DNA of 62,941 nucleotides, filler included, from Reticulomyxa filosa (taxonomy: Eukaryota; Protista; Foraminifera), in assembly GCA_000512085.1 (NCBI GenBank). It is 18 parts of 18 records of this genome, joined end to end, with 100 filler letters (N's around TTAATTAATTAA, not from the genome) between each part and the next. Parts side by side here need not be neighbours in the genome. Positions count along the whole stretch, not along the records: positions 51,209 to 53,378 come from ASPP01025187.1; positions 53,479 to 55,153 come from ASPP01009508.1; positions 55,254 to 56,309 come from ASPP01023020.1; positions 56,410 to 58,394 come from ASPP01028059.1; positions 58,495 to 60,619 come from ASPP01003981.1; positions 60,720 to 61,841 come from ASPP01016108.1; positions 61,942 to 62,941 come from ASPP01048253.1; 11 more parts are not named here. The stretch is one strand, 5' to 3'. The first letter of the stretch is position 1. Each line of letters opens with the position of its first letter. The position numbers and the translations under genes were made by a program. The notes beneath the pieces are model-generated. The model was not told the DNA's origin, ran no database searches, and was given only the letters and a program-made list of their open reading frames with translations. Below are positions 52,121-62,941 of this stretch, one piece after another.

Positions 52121-52250
52121 ATTACAAATTTTACTTCAGCAAAAAAAAAAAAAAAATTAAAAAATTTTTCAAAATTACCTTAAAAAAATTTTAAAAGCGA
52201 CACTAAAAAAACTACAACATTTATGGATATTTTTAAAAAAATTAGTATTA

Positions 52251-52462
52251 AATGTCTGTTTTTTATGGAGAAAATCAATAATCTTCATAAGGTGTCATTT
52301 TAGGTGTTATGTAACTTGATCATCTCAAAAACTACGAAAGATCCAATGCTAATTTTTAAAAAAAGTATCTACGTGATGTGGAGATTCTGGTACCAATAAA
52401 AGTAATAAACCTACTGTACTTTATGAAGATAATCGATTTTCTCCATGAAAAACAAACATTTC
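52251..52462. repeat. Inverted repeat pair (~42-bp arms) upstream of the Tc1 relic
   Basis: 52251-52292 is a near reverse complement of 52418-52462. Confidence 0.75.
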
Positions 52463-53589
52463 ATTCTAAAAAATATCTACAATTGTTGAAATATTTAGAT
52501 ATGAAATTAGCTTTTAATAAAGTATTTTCAGGTAAAACAAAAACTTACTTTTTCACATAATTCTTATAAATTTTGAAGGAAAATGACTATTTTTCTCTTA
52601 CATTGTTATGATGAAAATTTCAAAACTTTACATCATGTAGATATATGTTTTAAGAAAAGAATTACCCCCGTATTTCTTCGAGAATTTGAGATAATTGCCT
52701 TTCTTTGTTGCCAAATTTCGTCTTCAATAGTTTGCAAAAAAAATGGCATACATATTATGTTACTTTATAAATTTTCTCAACATTTCCAAAATTGATTGCT
52801 CACAATTGGGATATCCTGCAAATCGGGGTCCTGATGAAGAATGTTTAATTTGTTTCCTTTGTAATGAATGTGTCAAGTATTTAATTATTCTACAATGTGA
52901 TTTACAATAAACTAAATCTGATGTTTTCAACGAACATATTTTTTTTTGAATACATATAGCAAACATGAATAAGTTATGAGAAAATTTCAGTCACAAAGCT
53001 GTTTTCTCTTTTAAAGGTAAAAAAAAATAATGTATTCTAAAGGTTGAAATCATATGAGAAGAAACGCAAAATTCTTGTAATTTGATAATTTTCCGCTATT
53101 CCTCGGCTCAACAAATGATAAACACTGCTGACATTTCAATATATTGAGTGCAACTCACCCAAGTATCAAAACCTTGACAAAGTTATAGATGCACGTTTAC
53201 TCGCTAAATTTAGAACTAAAAAATCTCAAAATGTAATATACTATGAAATATTTAATTAATTAATATAAATTAAAAAATAATTTGAAACTAGTAAAATAAA
53301 GATCATTTGAAAACAAAAAATAATTTCAACTCAGAAAATGAAATTATTTGTGAAGTCTATTAAATGGTTTTGGATCAANNNNNNNNNNNNNNNNNNNNNN
53401 NNNNNNNNNNNNNNNNNNNNNNTTAATTAATTAANNNNNNNNNNNNNNNNNNNNNNNNNNNNNNNNNNNNNNNNNNNNATTAATATATAAACATATATGT
53501 ATATATGCATATATACATATATACATATGCATATACATATATGTATATGTACCTATATATATATATATATACATATATACCATTTCAGC

Positions 53590-54230
53590 TCATTGATTCC
53601 TTCTCGCTATGGTGCGGCGATAGGATATTATTGGACCAATAAAACCAACAACAAAGTAAATGAATCATATGCAATGGATTATGTGCTGAGACAATGCCTA
53701 AACCGCGACAACGGCGTGGAAAGTGTCGTGCTCGGTGGCCTTCCTCAACACACTTGGCAAATGCTCAGTGCGTTTGGCAGTCTGTTGGATGTGTATCAAT
53801 CGAATGACAACTTGGACATGACTGAGTTTATCGACATGTACCGAGGCGGCACCAACTCGAGTCGCTTCTTTGTCAATAAAAAACCATCGAAGAAAAGCAA
53901 AAGCAGTTGCAAACTTTTGAAACGATTTGCCAACATATCGCACCACACACTTGCGTTGCGATGGGCTACAAGTCCAATGTCATCTCTTTGTGTCTCAACG
54001 AACTCACCAACCCTTCTGCTAAAACGAGAATTTTATGCATCACTGATGCCATTTTCACTAACTTGATCAAGGATCAATTGACTGGAAAAGTGGCCTTGTT
54101 CAACTTGTTTGATGACATTAACCAAACCACGGTGCAAATTAAGCCTTCCTTGGAAGATTCTTCCAAGTCTAAGGAGAGCTTGGAACGCTCTATGCAAGAC
54201 TGTGTCTTTGGGGTTGATGTTACCATTTGA
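53590..54230 (+). CDS. Hypothetical protein, last exon (frameshift near 53910)
   Basis: Two overlapping ORFs with coding composition follow an AG acceptor downstream of a (TA)-rich intron. Confidence 0.5.
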
Positions 54231-54621
54231 AATGACTCCCTTTTACTTTGACTGTTTTTTGTTTGGCCTCATTGTGTCTATATGCTTTGCCAAATGTACT
54301 TTAAAAACCAAAAAATACAAACAACTTTTAAAGTTTCACTCACCAAACCTGTGATTCGGTTTGTGTACATTAAGCTTTGGTGGATTGTAACTAAAACAAT
54401 GGATTTCAATTTTTTCATTATAAATGGACACATATGAAATTGTTGTTTTTTTTTTTTTTTTTTGTGGCGTTGTCAAATTGGCCTAAAAAAAGAAAAAAAT
54501 AACAACAAAAAACTGATGCAGTATAATGTAAATTTTTTTAAAAAAACTTCTTTTTTTTTTTTTTTTTGTTTCAAATTATTATTATCTTTTTTAAATTTGT
54601 AAAAGGGGGTCCCCCTATTCT

Positions 54622-55127
54622 TCACAATGAGTCTAGAAATTGGTGCAGCTGTTTACATTTGTTAGCTCTTTTTCTTTTTTGGTCGTGAAATGAGTGCTTG
54701 AATGCAAAGTCGTCAGTGAGTTCTTTGACCAAGGACATTCTGCGTTCGCTTGTGATTTGCGAGCTAAGGATTTCCTGTCTCAGTTTGTCGACCCGTACTT
54801 TCTCTTCGTCGCATTGATGGATCATTCTTTCCAAGTATTTGGTCTCCACGTCATCTTCGACCCTTGAAACGCTTTTTGCAAATCTGTACTCAAACTCTTG
54901 GCTGACGAAGTATGTCACCCCATGAACACTTTTGCGCATTTTATCAAAGGGATACTGAGATTCCAGTGTGTACACGTTTCCTTCCAAATTGGCCCATGTT
55001 TGAAAAGAAGACGAAAACAAGCCATTGCTCGAAGAACGTCCACTCGACAGTAGTGACGGTATCAACAACGAAAAGATCATGATAAGCAACGGGAACAATT
55101 GCATCAACAATGTACCAACTGTGCTAT
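54622..55127 (-). CDS. DNAJB12/14-like ER J-protein, C-terminal DUF1977 exon
   Basis: LMQLFPLLIMIFSLL TM segment, then YTLESQYPF...GVTYFVSQEF...VEDDVETKYLERMIHQCDEEK...CKQL, the DUF1977 pattern. Confidence 0.75.
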
Positions 55128-55253
55128 CTTTTTTTTTTTTTTTTATATAAAAANNNNNNNNNNNNNNNNNNNNNNNNNNNNNNNNNNNNNNNNNNNNTTA
55201 ATTAATTAANNNNNNNNNNNNNNNNNNNNNNNNNNNNNNNNNNNNNNNNNNNN

Positions 55254-56309
55254 TCACGATAAACAGAAATACCAGAGTTTGTTGAAAAGAAAATCAAGAG
55301 TGAGTTGTTGGTAACTGAAACACGCCCTTTGCAAAAACAATACAAAATAAAGTAAAGTGGCACAGCTGTCGAGCTTGCCACCAGAACAATATGAATATCT
55401 CTCTTCCTCTGTTTCCTCGCAGTGTTCACACCATTGCAATACTCCACAAAATTTGTCACAGTTTGAGGCAACCAAGCTCGCTTCTCACTAATAACTGTTA
55501 AAAATGCTCCAATCTGTGATATTGAGACAAGTATACACACATGTTTTTGTTTATCCGATGTACAAAGATGGCTCTTTGTGCCGACCTCTTCGTTGTGTTA
55601 CGTATGAACCTTTCCACTCCCTCAATCCCTCTTGTCTTTGGAAAATATAACACTTTCTTACCTCCTAGACTTTCCTTTGAGAGAGATTCATAAACCCATT
55701 TGATTATCGAATCTTCTAAGTCATTCTTTGGGCACAAACCCATCTATTTGTAAATGACAATCAGCAAATGTATTCCGTTTTAGTGTTGGACACCTTGTGG
55801 TTAAGGCTCTTCCTTCTGCAAAATAATTACCAGAAACAACAATTCCAACTTTGATATATTAGAAGTATCATCATTCAGATGGCGTCTCTTTGCCGAATTT
55901 CCATTTTGATGATTACCAATATCATTTTTTTTTCCTTCTTGCTCCCTCACATATTTACCAGTTTACGTCTGTTATTTTAACACAGAAGTACGGAATTTTT
56001 TCCAAAACATATGAATACTCCGTCTTTTAAGTTGCGTGTTGCTTTCAACGTCTAGTTTTTTCCCCTTTTCTTTGAAAAGGAAAAAGTCAGAAATAAGAAC
56101 CGGTCCTCCATACAATTAAGTTTTCCAACCCCAGAAAAAGAAGAAGCAGTTTTCAAAAGCTTGTTGGAATTGTGTATCTCCTCTTTGACCCCTTTTTCTA
56201 AAAGTAAAGATGACGACACAGAGAGCCTCGGTGAGAATGATCCAGAACGAACACCCTCTGAAGTATGTCCAGGAATACTTGGGAATGATCCGTGAGGTAA
56301 CGATAGATA
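55254..56309 (-). pseudogene. Decayed intronless coding relic, possibly transposon-derived
   Basis: Broken minus-strand ORFs with a CxxC (CEHC). No diagnostic catalytic motif seen. Confidence 0.25.
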
Positions 56310-59077
56310 NNNNNNNNNNNNNNNNNNNNNNNNNNNNNNNNNNNNNNNNNNNNTTAATTAATTAANNNNNNNNNNNNNNNNNNNNNNNNNNNNNNNNNNN
56401 NNNNNNNNNGAAGAACGAAGAAAATAAAAAGATTTATTACGAAACGAATAATTGAAGAAGGAAGAAATATAATGGTTTTGCAGTATGTAAAAGCTACGCA
56501 TACGTTCACCATTTGCGAGAATAGTTGGATGGAAAAAAAAATGTGGTGCGAATATGTCACTAGCAATTGATTAAACGTATCGAAGCTGATAAAAAAAAAA
56601 ACCAACGAAATGGTGACGAGATATCGCATTCATCGCATTTTTATCATATCAAGAATTAAAGACTTGATAAATGAAGTTTGGTTTCAAGTTTTTTTTTCTT
56701 TTCTTTTTTTAGGCGTATATCCAAAAAAGAAATTTTTTTTAATAGGATGAAATTATTGATTGCAGACTTTTTTTGGCAATGCTCAAGGATTGGATAAATT
56801 TTATGTGAGATTTCGTATGGACAGTAAGCGCATTGTCTAAAAACATTGGATTCAAAGTCATCGTCGAACGATAGTGGCCATCAATGTAAAATTGATACCT
56901 TCACGGGAGGAGTCGTAGAGAACGAAAATGAAGCGTTAGGAGAGTGGAATGAAGAAAATTTAAAATGATGTTACTGAATAAAACATTATAGTCATAGCAC
57001 TCTTTGTAAAAAACAACTAAGACTCGAATTTTGACTTTGGTGTGTTAAGTTTTTAAAAAAGGTTACTTGCTGCACTTTCCAAAAGTTCTCAACGCACATT
57101 TAGACTGTTCAAAAACACAAGTCGTTTCGTTTTTTATTTTTTTATTTTTGCTAAATTAGTCAATAAAATACAAAAATTTGATTTTTTTTATAATGATAAT
57201 AAGTTATTTTGATTACCTAGTTTTTTTAAAAAAATTCATTGATGGAAAAAACAGAAAAAAACAATCAAACAGTCAATAAATACAATTCAAAGTAAAATAT
57301 ACCATTTCAACAAATTTTTTTGGTGATTAAACAAATGAACATTTTTTTGATAAAATGATAGCAAAAATTGAAGTTTTCGTTCACTTATTTTGTTTGATAT
57401 AGGGATGGCCCCCTTTGAGTAATGCCCGAAATGAAGTCTCTCACAAATTTTGAGATCTCACTACAAAAAACAAGGGATATCAATGTATTGGGGGTTCTTG
57501 ATTTCCGATATGAAGAAATGTTTGAAAGTTGCTTCGTTGAGACAGGATATCAAGTAAGAAAAGAAAGAGTTTGCTCAAGATACTGACGAGAAATTGAAGA
57601 AAGAATTGCCACAGTTTTTACATTGCTACAAACTACGCGCATCCAGTTATAATTGTGTCAACTGGAATGTAAGAATGATTTCTGTAATTGTCAATTTTTA
57701 TCATTGATATCGTTAGTCTACAATTCTATGTTGAGTAATCATATGTATTCTTGGTTCAGTTATTTAAAATTTTTTGTATATTTGTATCATAAAATAATCT
57801 TTCTACAAAATTACTACAATAAAATATAGATACAATTTGTTCAATATCTTGCACTCCGAATGATTATTTGCGCAATTACAAATGATCTCCATCTTGCAAT
57901 TACCACAAGCACAACAATTGCAAAGTTTGGCTCAATACAAATAAATATTATATCATTTGTAGCCATTCCAAAGATTTTGTAAATATATTATCTTTTTATT
58001 TGATAGATTACCAATTGAAATCAAATTTAGTTTCACCAACATGGACTTTCGAATACCGCAAAATTAGAAATATTATTTATCAAAAAGTAAAATCAATTAA
58101 ATCAATTGGTGTAAAATCGTGATTACATTAACTAACAACTCAGCAAAATTCGATTATCAATCATATGAAAAATTAAAGAAACTTATTTTTCACTTTTAAA
58201 ATTTTTCTTTCAACAATTACAAAGTTTTTATTTGTCCACAACATCAAAACAATTTAATAAATTAATTGAGCACATTTTTAATTTTTCTTATTAGTCCTTT
58301 AAAATTTGATACAAGACTTGAAACAATATGAATAATTGAAAAATATATCAACTAAAGAATTGAATTAATACAATTTAATTAAATAATGCAAAAANNNNNN
58401 NNNNNNNNNNNNNNNNNNNNNNNNNNNNNNNNNNNNNNTTAATTAATTAANNNNNNNNNNNNNNNNNNNNNNNNNNNNNNNNNNNNNNNNNNNNTGCAAG
58501 TCCACAAATGGAGATACACAAACACTTGAGAGGCTCCAAAAAAAAAAGGAGTCAAGAACTAAAAAAAAGTTCGTACTGATATCATCAGCAAAGTTTCGTG
58601 TTCGGAGTGGATGGCTAACAGCGGTGGTAATGTTCGTAGCATTGCACGGTTGGAAAGAGGAGGAGAAGGAGGAGGCAACGACTATTTGAATCATTGGAAC
58701 AACTACATATATGTGCCCATTACGCTATCACTTTCAATTTCTTGGCAATGACTACTATTAAGCAATTCAGATCATACAAATCATTCATTATAACTATTTG
58801 CTTACTTAGAAAAGGTCGTTTTATGTGATATTTTTTTAGTTGTCTATTGTAGCTATTCAATTATTTAATTTTTTATAATTATTTTGGTTGTAATATATAA
58901 TTTTCGCTTTAGAGACTCAAGTTCTTTTATAATTTCATTACATTGCACAATACCAAATTCAAAATAAAGTTTACAATCAAATCATCAAAAAAATTTTAAA
59001 TTTAAGGCTGACCATAAAAAACAGTTAACAGATCTGCTTGTTGATGCTTTTTTTTTCCTGTATAACTTTCAAAGAGT

Positions 59078-60574
59078 TTATTTCCAAAACGGTATTTTCC
59101 AGGAAGTTTTTTCTTTTCTTTTTTTATAAGTAGGGTCGGTTTTTTTGTTGGCTCCTTTTTCTTTTTTTTTGCGATTTTTTGGATTTAAGTCGGCAGTAGA
59201 TGGTACATTAGGTAGTTTTGTTTTTTGAACTTGTACATTTCCTTGAATTCGAACTGGATGTGGGATTATGCCACCATACTGAAGTAATATGGCATCTCTT
59301 CGACTAGTTTCTTTTGATGACACAGAGGAATGTGGAAGTTGCGACTGTACAAGACGAAGAGGAATCCCACCACGTGTCGTATTATTTTGAGTTTCGTGAA
59401 GAACCAGTTCGTGCAATTGCTGTTGCATGATATGGCACCAATGCTTGGCAATGTCCAAATCCTGTGGTTCTAAAAAGTTTAGATTTATCAGCAACTTTCG
59501 ATAATGCAAGACAGGATTATAATCAGAAACGCGAGGCGGAGGTCGTTGGCTCATCCAATAGAACAAAAACACATGCAGTGACATCTGCAATAGATTTCTC
59601 GACAAATAGCGTACAAACAAATCAGGATCACCCTATGTTGTTATTGTTATTATTATTATTATTATTATTATTTTGCATTGTGTCGTCCTTTCCAATCTCA
59701 AAAGCAGACAAACGTTTCAAAACGTAAGCAAATGAAAGAAGTTGAACTTTAAATTTTTTTGAAGGATGCATAATTCTAAAAATCAATGACGAGTCCGCAC
59801 GATTACGATAAGGCGGTCCAAAGAATTTGTCTTCGGCAATATCTTTATCTTTGGTAGTGGAGCCAGGGGAACGAAAGGAAGCAGGATCATTGGCAATCAA
59901 AGGTGACACAGGCGAAGATTTCGAAGTGTTTGATAGGTTGATTTTCAGTTTTCGGTTCTTCTCTCCATCGATGGGAGAAGTGACATTGCCACTATCCGAA
60001 CTCGTTTCACTTTGGTTTGTCGGTTTATTGTCCCTTGGGAGCATGACGTTGTTATTGGCCGCCGTTGCAGGCTCGCCAGTAGTGAATGCTGACACGTTAG
60101 CATGCACGGAGGGATGGGTGTTATTATTGTTGCCATCATTTTCACCTGGGGTGTCGCGATCGTCATGACTTTGATTGACACTTAATCGAATGTCTCGTTC
60201 CCAATTGCTCATTTCCTCATTGCGAATTTGAATAGTCGTGACCCAATCCCACAGATTCGCCGCGGACTTTTCACAAACATCAGAGGGCATGCCAATCAAT
60301 TTGAGTCCGCATAAGTCGTGAATATACAGTGGCTGTGTCCTCCACTCCTCGACGCTATTGGATTGGCCGCTGAAGCCAGGGAGTAGTAATGCCAGTGCTC
60401 GTATAGTCGCAATCACTCGCTCTTTGGTGCGCGTATTCACAGGTGACGACGCCAATATTAACACGGGACGATTCGTCAACACGCTATACAACAAACTCTC
60501 ACTAAATCCGTAAAATCGATATAACAAACATCCCAGCAAGTCTTTTTCCACGTTACTTTGGGCATAATCTCGAT
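59078..60574 (-). CDS. SMCR8-like (folliculin-family) DENN protein, C-terminal exons
   Basis: LLYSVLTNRPVLILA...VIATIRALALLLP...WRTQPLYIHDLCGLKLIGM...GPPYR...LLQMSLHVFLF...DLDIAKHW parallels the SMCR8 C-terminal DENN region as I recall it (YSLLSGRTLVVLG...ALAIFVP...WASSPLHIMDFQKWKLIGL...CPLYRG). Confidence 0.7.
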
Positions 60575-60719
60575 CTTTTTTTTTTTTTTTTTTTTTTCAC
60601 AAAAAAAAAAAAAAAAAAANNNNNNNNNNNNNNNNNNNNNNNNNNNNNNNNNNNNNNNNNNNNTTAATTAATTAANNNNNNNNNNNNNNNNNNNNNNNNN
60701 NNNNNNNNNNNNNNNNNNN

Positions 60720-60860
60720 GACCACGACATACGGCCCCGCCGGGACGGGACCGGAGGGCGACGCCACGGGAGCAATCTGGGCCCGCGCGGGGGCCAGGGA
60801 CGCGGGGGCCAGAGACAGGGCAAGCAGGCCCAGGATGCACAGCAGGAGACGCAGGTTCAT
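60720..60860 (-). CDS. Bacterial exported protein N-terminus (signal peptide), partial
   Basis: MNLRLLLCILGLLALSLAPASLAPARAQ is a Sec-type signal ending in an A-x-A motif. Confidence 0.6.
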
Positions 60861-60931
60861 TGCCGCCGACGCAGGAAGGAACCGCAGCATACGCCCTTCC
60901 AACGGCCGGCGGGAGGCATTAGATCGGAAGG

Positions 60932-61582
60932 ATGCTCAAGGTCATGATCGCCCCCGTCACCCCGTTTCAGCAGAACTGCTCGCTCGTCTGGTGCGACGAA
61001 ACCATGGAAGGCACCGCCGTCGATCCGGGCGGCGATTTCGACATGCTCAAACAGGCGATCGACCAGCAGGGCATCAAGGTGACCAAGGTGCTGCTCACGC
61101 ATGGCCATGTCGACCACGCCTCCGCCGCCGGCACCATGGCCGAGCATTATGGCGTGAAGATCGAGGGCCCGCACGAGGACGACCTGTTCCTGATCGAGGG
61201 CCTGGCGGACTCGGGGAAGAAGTACAATTTCCCGATCTACAAGCCGTTCGTGCCCGACCGCTGGCTGACCCATGGCGAGACGGTGAGCCTCGGCAACCTC
61301 ACCCTCGACGTGGTGCATTGCCCCGGCCACACGCCGGGCCACGTCGTGTTCGTGAACAAGCCGGCAAAGGTCGCCTTCGTGGGCGACGTGCTGTTCCGTG
61401 GCTCGATCGGCCGCACGGATTTCCCGCGCGGCAACCACGACCAGCTCCTGGATTCGATCCGCCACCGCCTGTGGCCGTTCGGCGACGACATCACTTTCGT
61501 CCCCGGCCACGGCCAGACCTCGACCTTCGGCTGGGAACGCAAGACCAACCCCTACGTCGCCGATCTCAACTTCGAGGATTAG
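60932..61582 (+). CDS. MBL-fold metallo-hydrolase, glyoxalase II-like (YcbL/GloC family), bacterial
   Basis: PVTPFQQNCS, LLTHGHVDH, HCPGHTPGH, GDVLFRGSIGRTDFP, PGHG. SD-like GGAAGG precedes the ATG. High GC3, no introns. Confidence 0.95.
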   Translation: MLKVMIAPVTPFQQNCSLVWCDETMEGTAVDPGGDFDMLKQAIDQQGIKVTKVLLTHGHVDHASAAGTMAEHYGVKIEGPHEDDLFLIEGLADSGKKYNFPIYKPFVPDRWLTHGETVSLGNLTLDVVHCPGHTPGHVVFVNKPAKVAFVGDVLFRGSIGRTDFPRGNHDQLLDSIRHRLWPFGDDITFVPGHGQTSTFGWERKTNPYVADLNFED

Positions 61583-61600
61583 GACGGGTTGGCACGCAGC

Positions 61601-61686
61601 TGTCGTCCTGAGCGCAGCGAAGGACCTGACGGAACGAGAAGGACTCCGTTGCTGGCGCCAGATCCTTCGCTGCGCTCAGGATGACA
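61601..61686. repeat. REP-like bacterial palindromic element
   Basis: TGTCGTCCTGAGCGCAGCGAAGGACCT ... AGATCCTTCGCTGCGCTCAGGATGACA form 27-bp near-perfect inverted arms. Confidence 0.85.
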
Positions 61687-61693
61687 AGAAAAG

Positions 61694-61738
61694 AAAAGCC
61701 GTCGCCTCGACCGGAGCAAAGAGACGACGGCTTTTTTT
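61694..61738. terminator. Bidirectional intrinsic terminator between convergent genes
   Basis: AAAAGCCGTCG...CGACGGCTTTTTTT. Confidence 0.8.
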
Positions 61739-61841
61739 ACCCCGGGACCAGGACGGCTTGCGCTTCTCCGTGAAGCTCGCGAGGCCTTCGGTGGCTTCGT
61801 CTTGCTGGCGGGTGCGGGCGTGTTCGTCGATCAGGTCGCGC
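61737..61841 (-). CDS. Enoyl-CoA hydratase/crotonase family C-terminus, bacterial, partial
   Basis: HARTRQQDEATEGLASFTEKRKPSW matches the EG..aF.EKR.P.W crotonase terminus. Confidence 0.8.
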   Translation of the reverse strand, partial: ARPDRRTRPHPPARRSHRRPRELHGEAQAVLVPG

Positions 61842-62941
61842 NNNNNNNNNNNNNNNNNNNNNNNNNNNNNNNNNNNNNNNNNNNNTTAATTAATTAANNN
61901 NNNNNNNNNNNNNNNNNNNNNNNNNNNNNNNNNNNNNNNNNTTTTTGTGCACGTTTTTTTATTTCATACGTTTGAAACTTTTTTGAATGTGAAGATTCGA
62001 ACAAACAGTATTGATTTCAAGCACTGTAGTTAGAAAGCGGAAATGTTTTGCAATGAAAATTTTTTTTTGTGCGAAAAAGTTTTAGAATTTTTTTTTAAAT
62101 AAAAAAAACTTGTTATTTGGTTTTGTTTTATTGTTTTGTGATATATTTTGAATTTTGTTATTTGTTTTTTTATATTTATAGTTTCTTTTTATTGTTTTAT
62201 GGAAATATTACATCTTCTGATGAAGATGTTTTTTTGAATGAAATGTTTGAAAAAAGAAAATGTATGCAAATTTTATGATAAGTGATAGCAGTATTTTCAA
62301 AAGCACAATAAACAAACTATAAAATGATTTTTGAACGAAGAGACTATCAAATTCTTACCCTTTTTGTTTTTAAATTGCTGCGCAAATATTCAATTAACAC
62401 ATTTTTGATTTTTTCTTCATTTTGAGGAAAAAAATTAAATTTTTTTAGCATTTTGGTACTGGCATCCTGTCATCTAAAAGTGTGTCCAATTGCAAATGAA
62501 ATGCAAAACGAGAAAGTTATATTATGAATACGGCTATTAAAAGGTCCAAAATTGAATATTCTGCGGCTTACTTTGTACTGTTGTCACTGTATTATTTTTA
62601 TTTTCTAAAATTTCTCAAAAGAAAGACACTTGGTGTCTTTCTCTGCACTTGCACTCAGTCGTTAGTAATTTAAAAGCATGAAAGCGTCCATATTGATATT
62701 GAGCAGTAAAGTAATAAGTTGTATTTATGTTGTTACAATGAATAACTAATATAACAACAATAGCTAAACAGTTAGCAAGTAAGATGTGCAAAGTGTATCG
62801 CAAAAGAAGAAAAGAAAACATTACAACTTGCTTTTTGTTGAATCATTAGCATAGTTTTGATTAACCTTTTGTATGTCTTTTTTCAAAATATCTTTCACAA
62901 TCTTGTTCCCATTGTGGTCCATTTGGCAAAATATGAAAATG

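Noticed and set aside
57400-57560. GC-richer patch with GATGGCCCC and a GGGGG partner as U6 or RNase MRP RNA
   Set aside because: It lacks ACAGAGA and the other conserved boxes. An Rfam cmscan would be needed.
60835-61611. Overlapping 258-aa (+) and 217-aa (-) ORFs
   Set aside because: These are alternate-frame shadows of the GC-rich MBL hydrolase gene.
7076-61941. Regularly recurring TTAATTAATTAA flanked by N runs as a biological repeat or CRISPR-like array
   Set aside because: It is an artificial six-frame-stop linker between contigs. ORFs that run into it are artefacts.
1-62941. Alternative genetic code or stop-codon reassignment
   Set aside because: Conserved genes end in TAA, TAG and TGA. 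Internal stops coincide with introns, indels or transposon relics.
61942-62941. Short ORFs in the last contig and other AT-rich intergenic stretches
   Set aside because: Low-complexity Phe/Ile/Lys-rich translations without coding signal.

Overview
This window is not one locus. It is 18 unrelated draft-assembly contigs joined by an artificial N-TTAATTAATTAA-N spacer, so gene neighbourhood across spacers carries no meaning. Seventeen contigs are AT-rich, intron-containing protist DNA with GT-AG introns full of homopolymers and (TA)n. The composition and the kelch/U-box and PT-repeat gene families resemble a rhizarian or foraminiferan such as Reticulomyxa; that assignment is an inference. Recognisable genes are a CIPK/SnRK-like kinase, a SIAH-like ligase, a ShKT+SEL1 protein, a SNF2 ATPase, aspartate aminotransferase, a kelch-U-box protein, RPC3, a Neverland/DAF-36-like Rieske oxygenase, MECR, a PT-repeat membrane protein, a carrier-RING fusion, a CDC123-like protein, a TYW3-TYW2 fusion, RAD18, PP2C, prohibitin, an N4BP2-like kinase, a DNAJB12-like protein and a SMCR8-like protein. 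Tc1/mariner relics are also present. One high-GC contig (60720-61841) is bacterial. The most notable signals concern splicing: an expanded (~260 nt) U2 snRNA with a substitution next to its branch-site-pairing region, and many introns whose 3' splice sites are preceded by poly(A) instead of a polypyrimidine tract. Many frameshifts fall in homopolymers and are probably sequencing errors.
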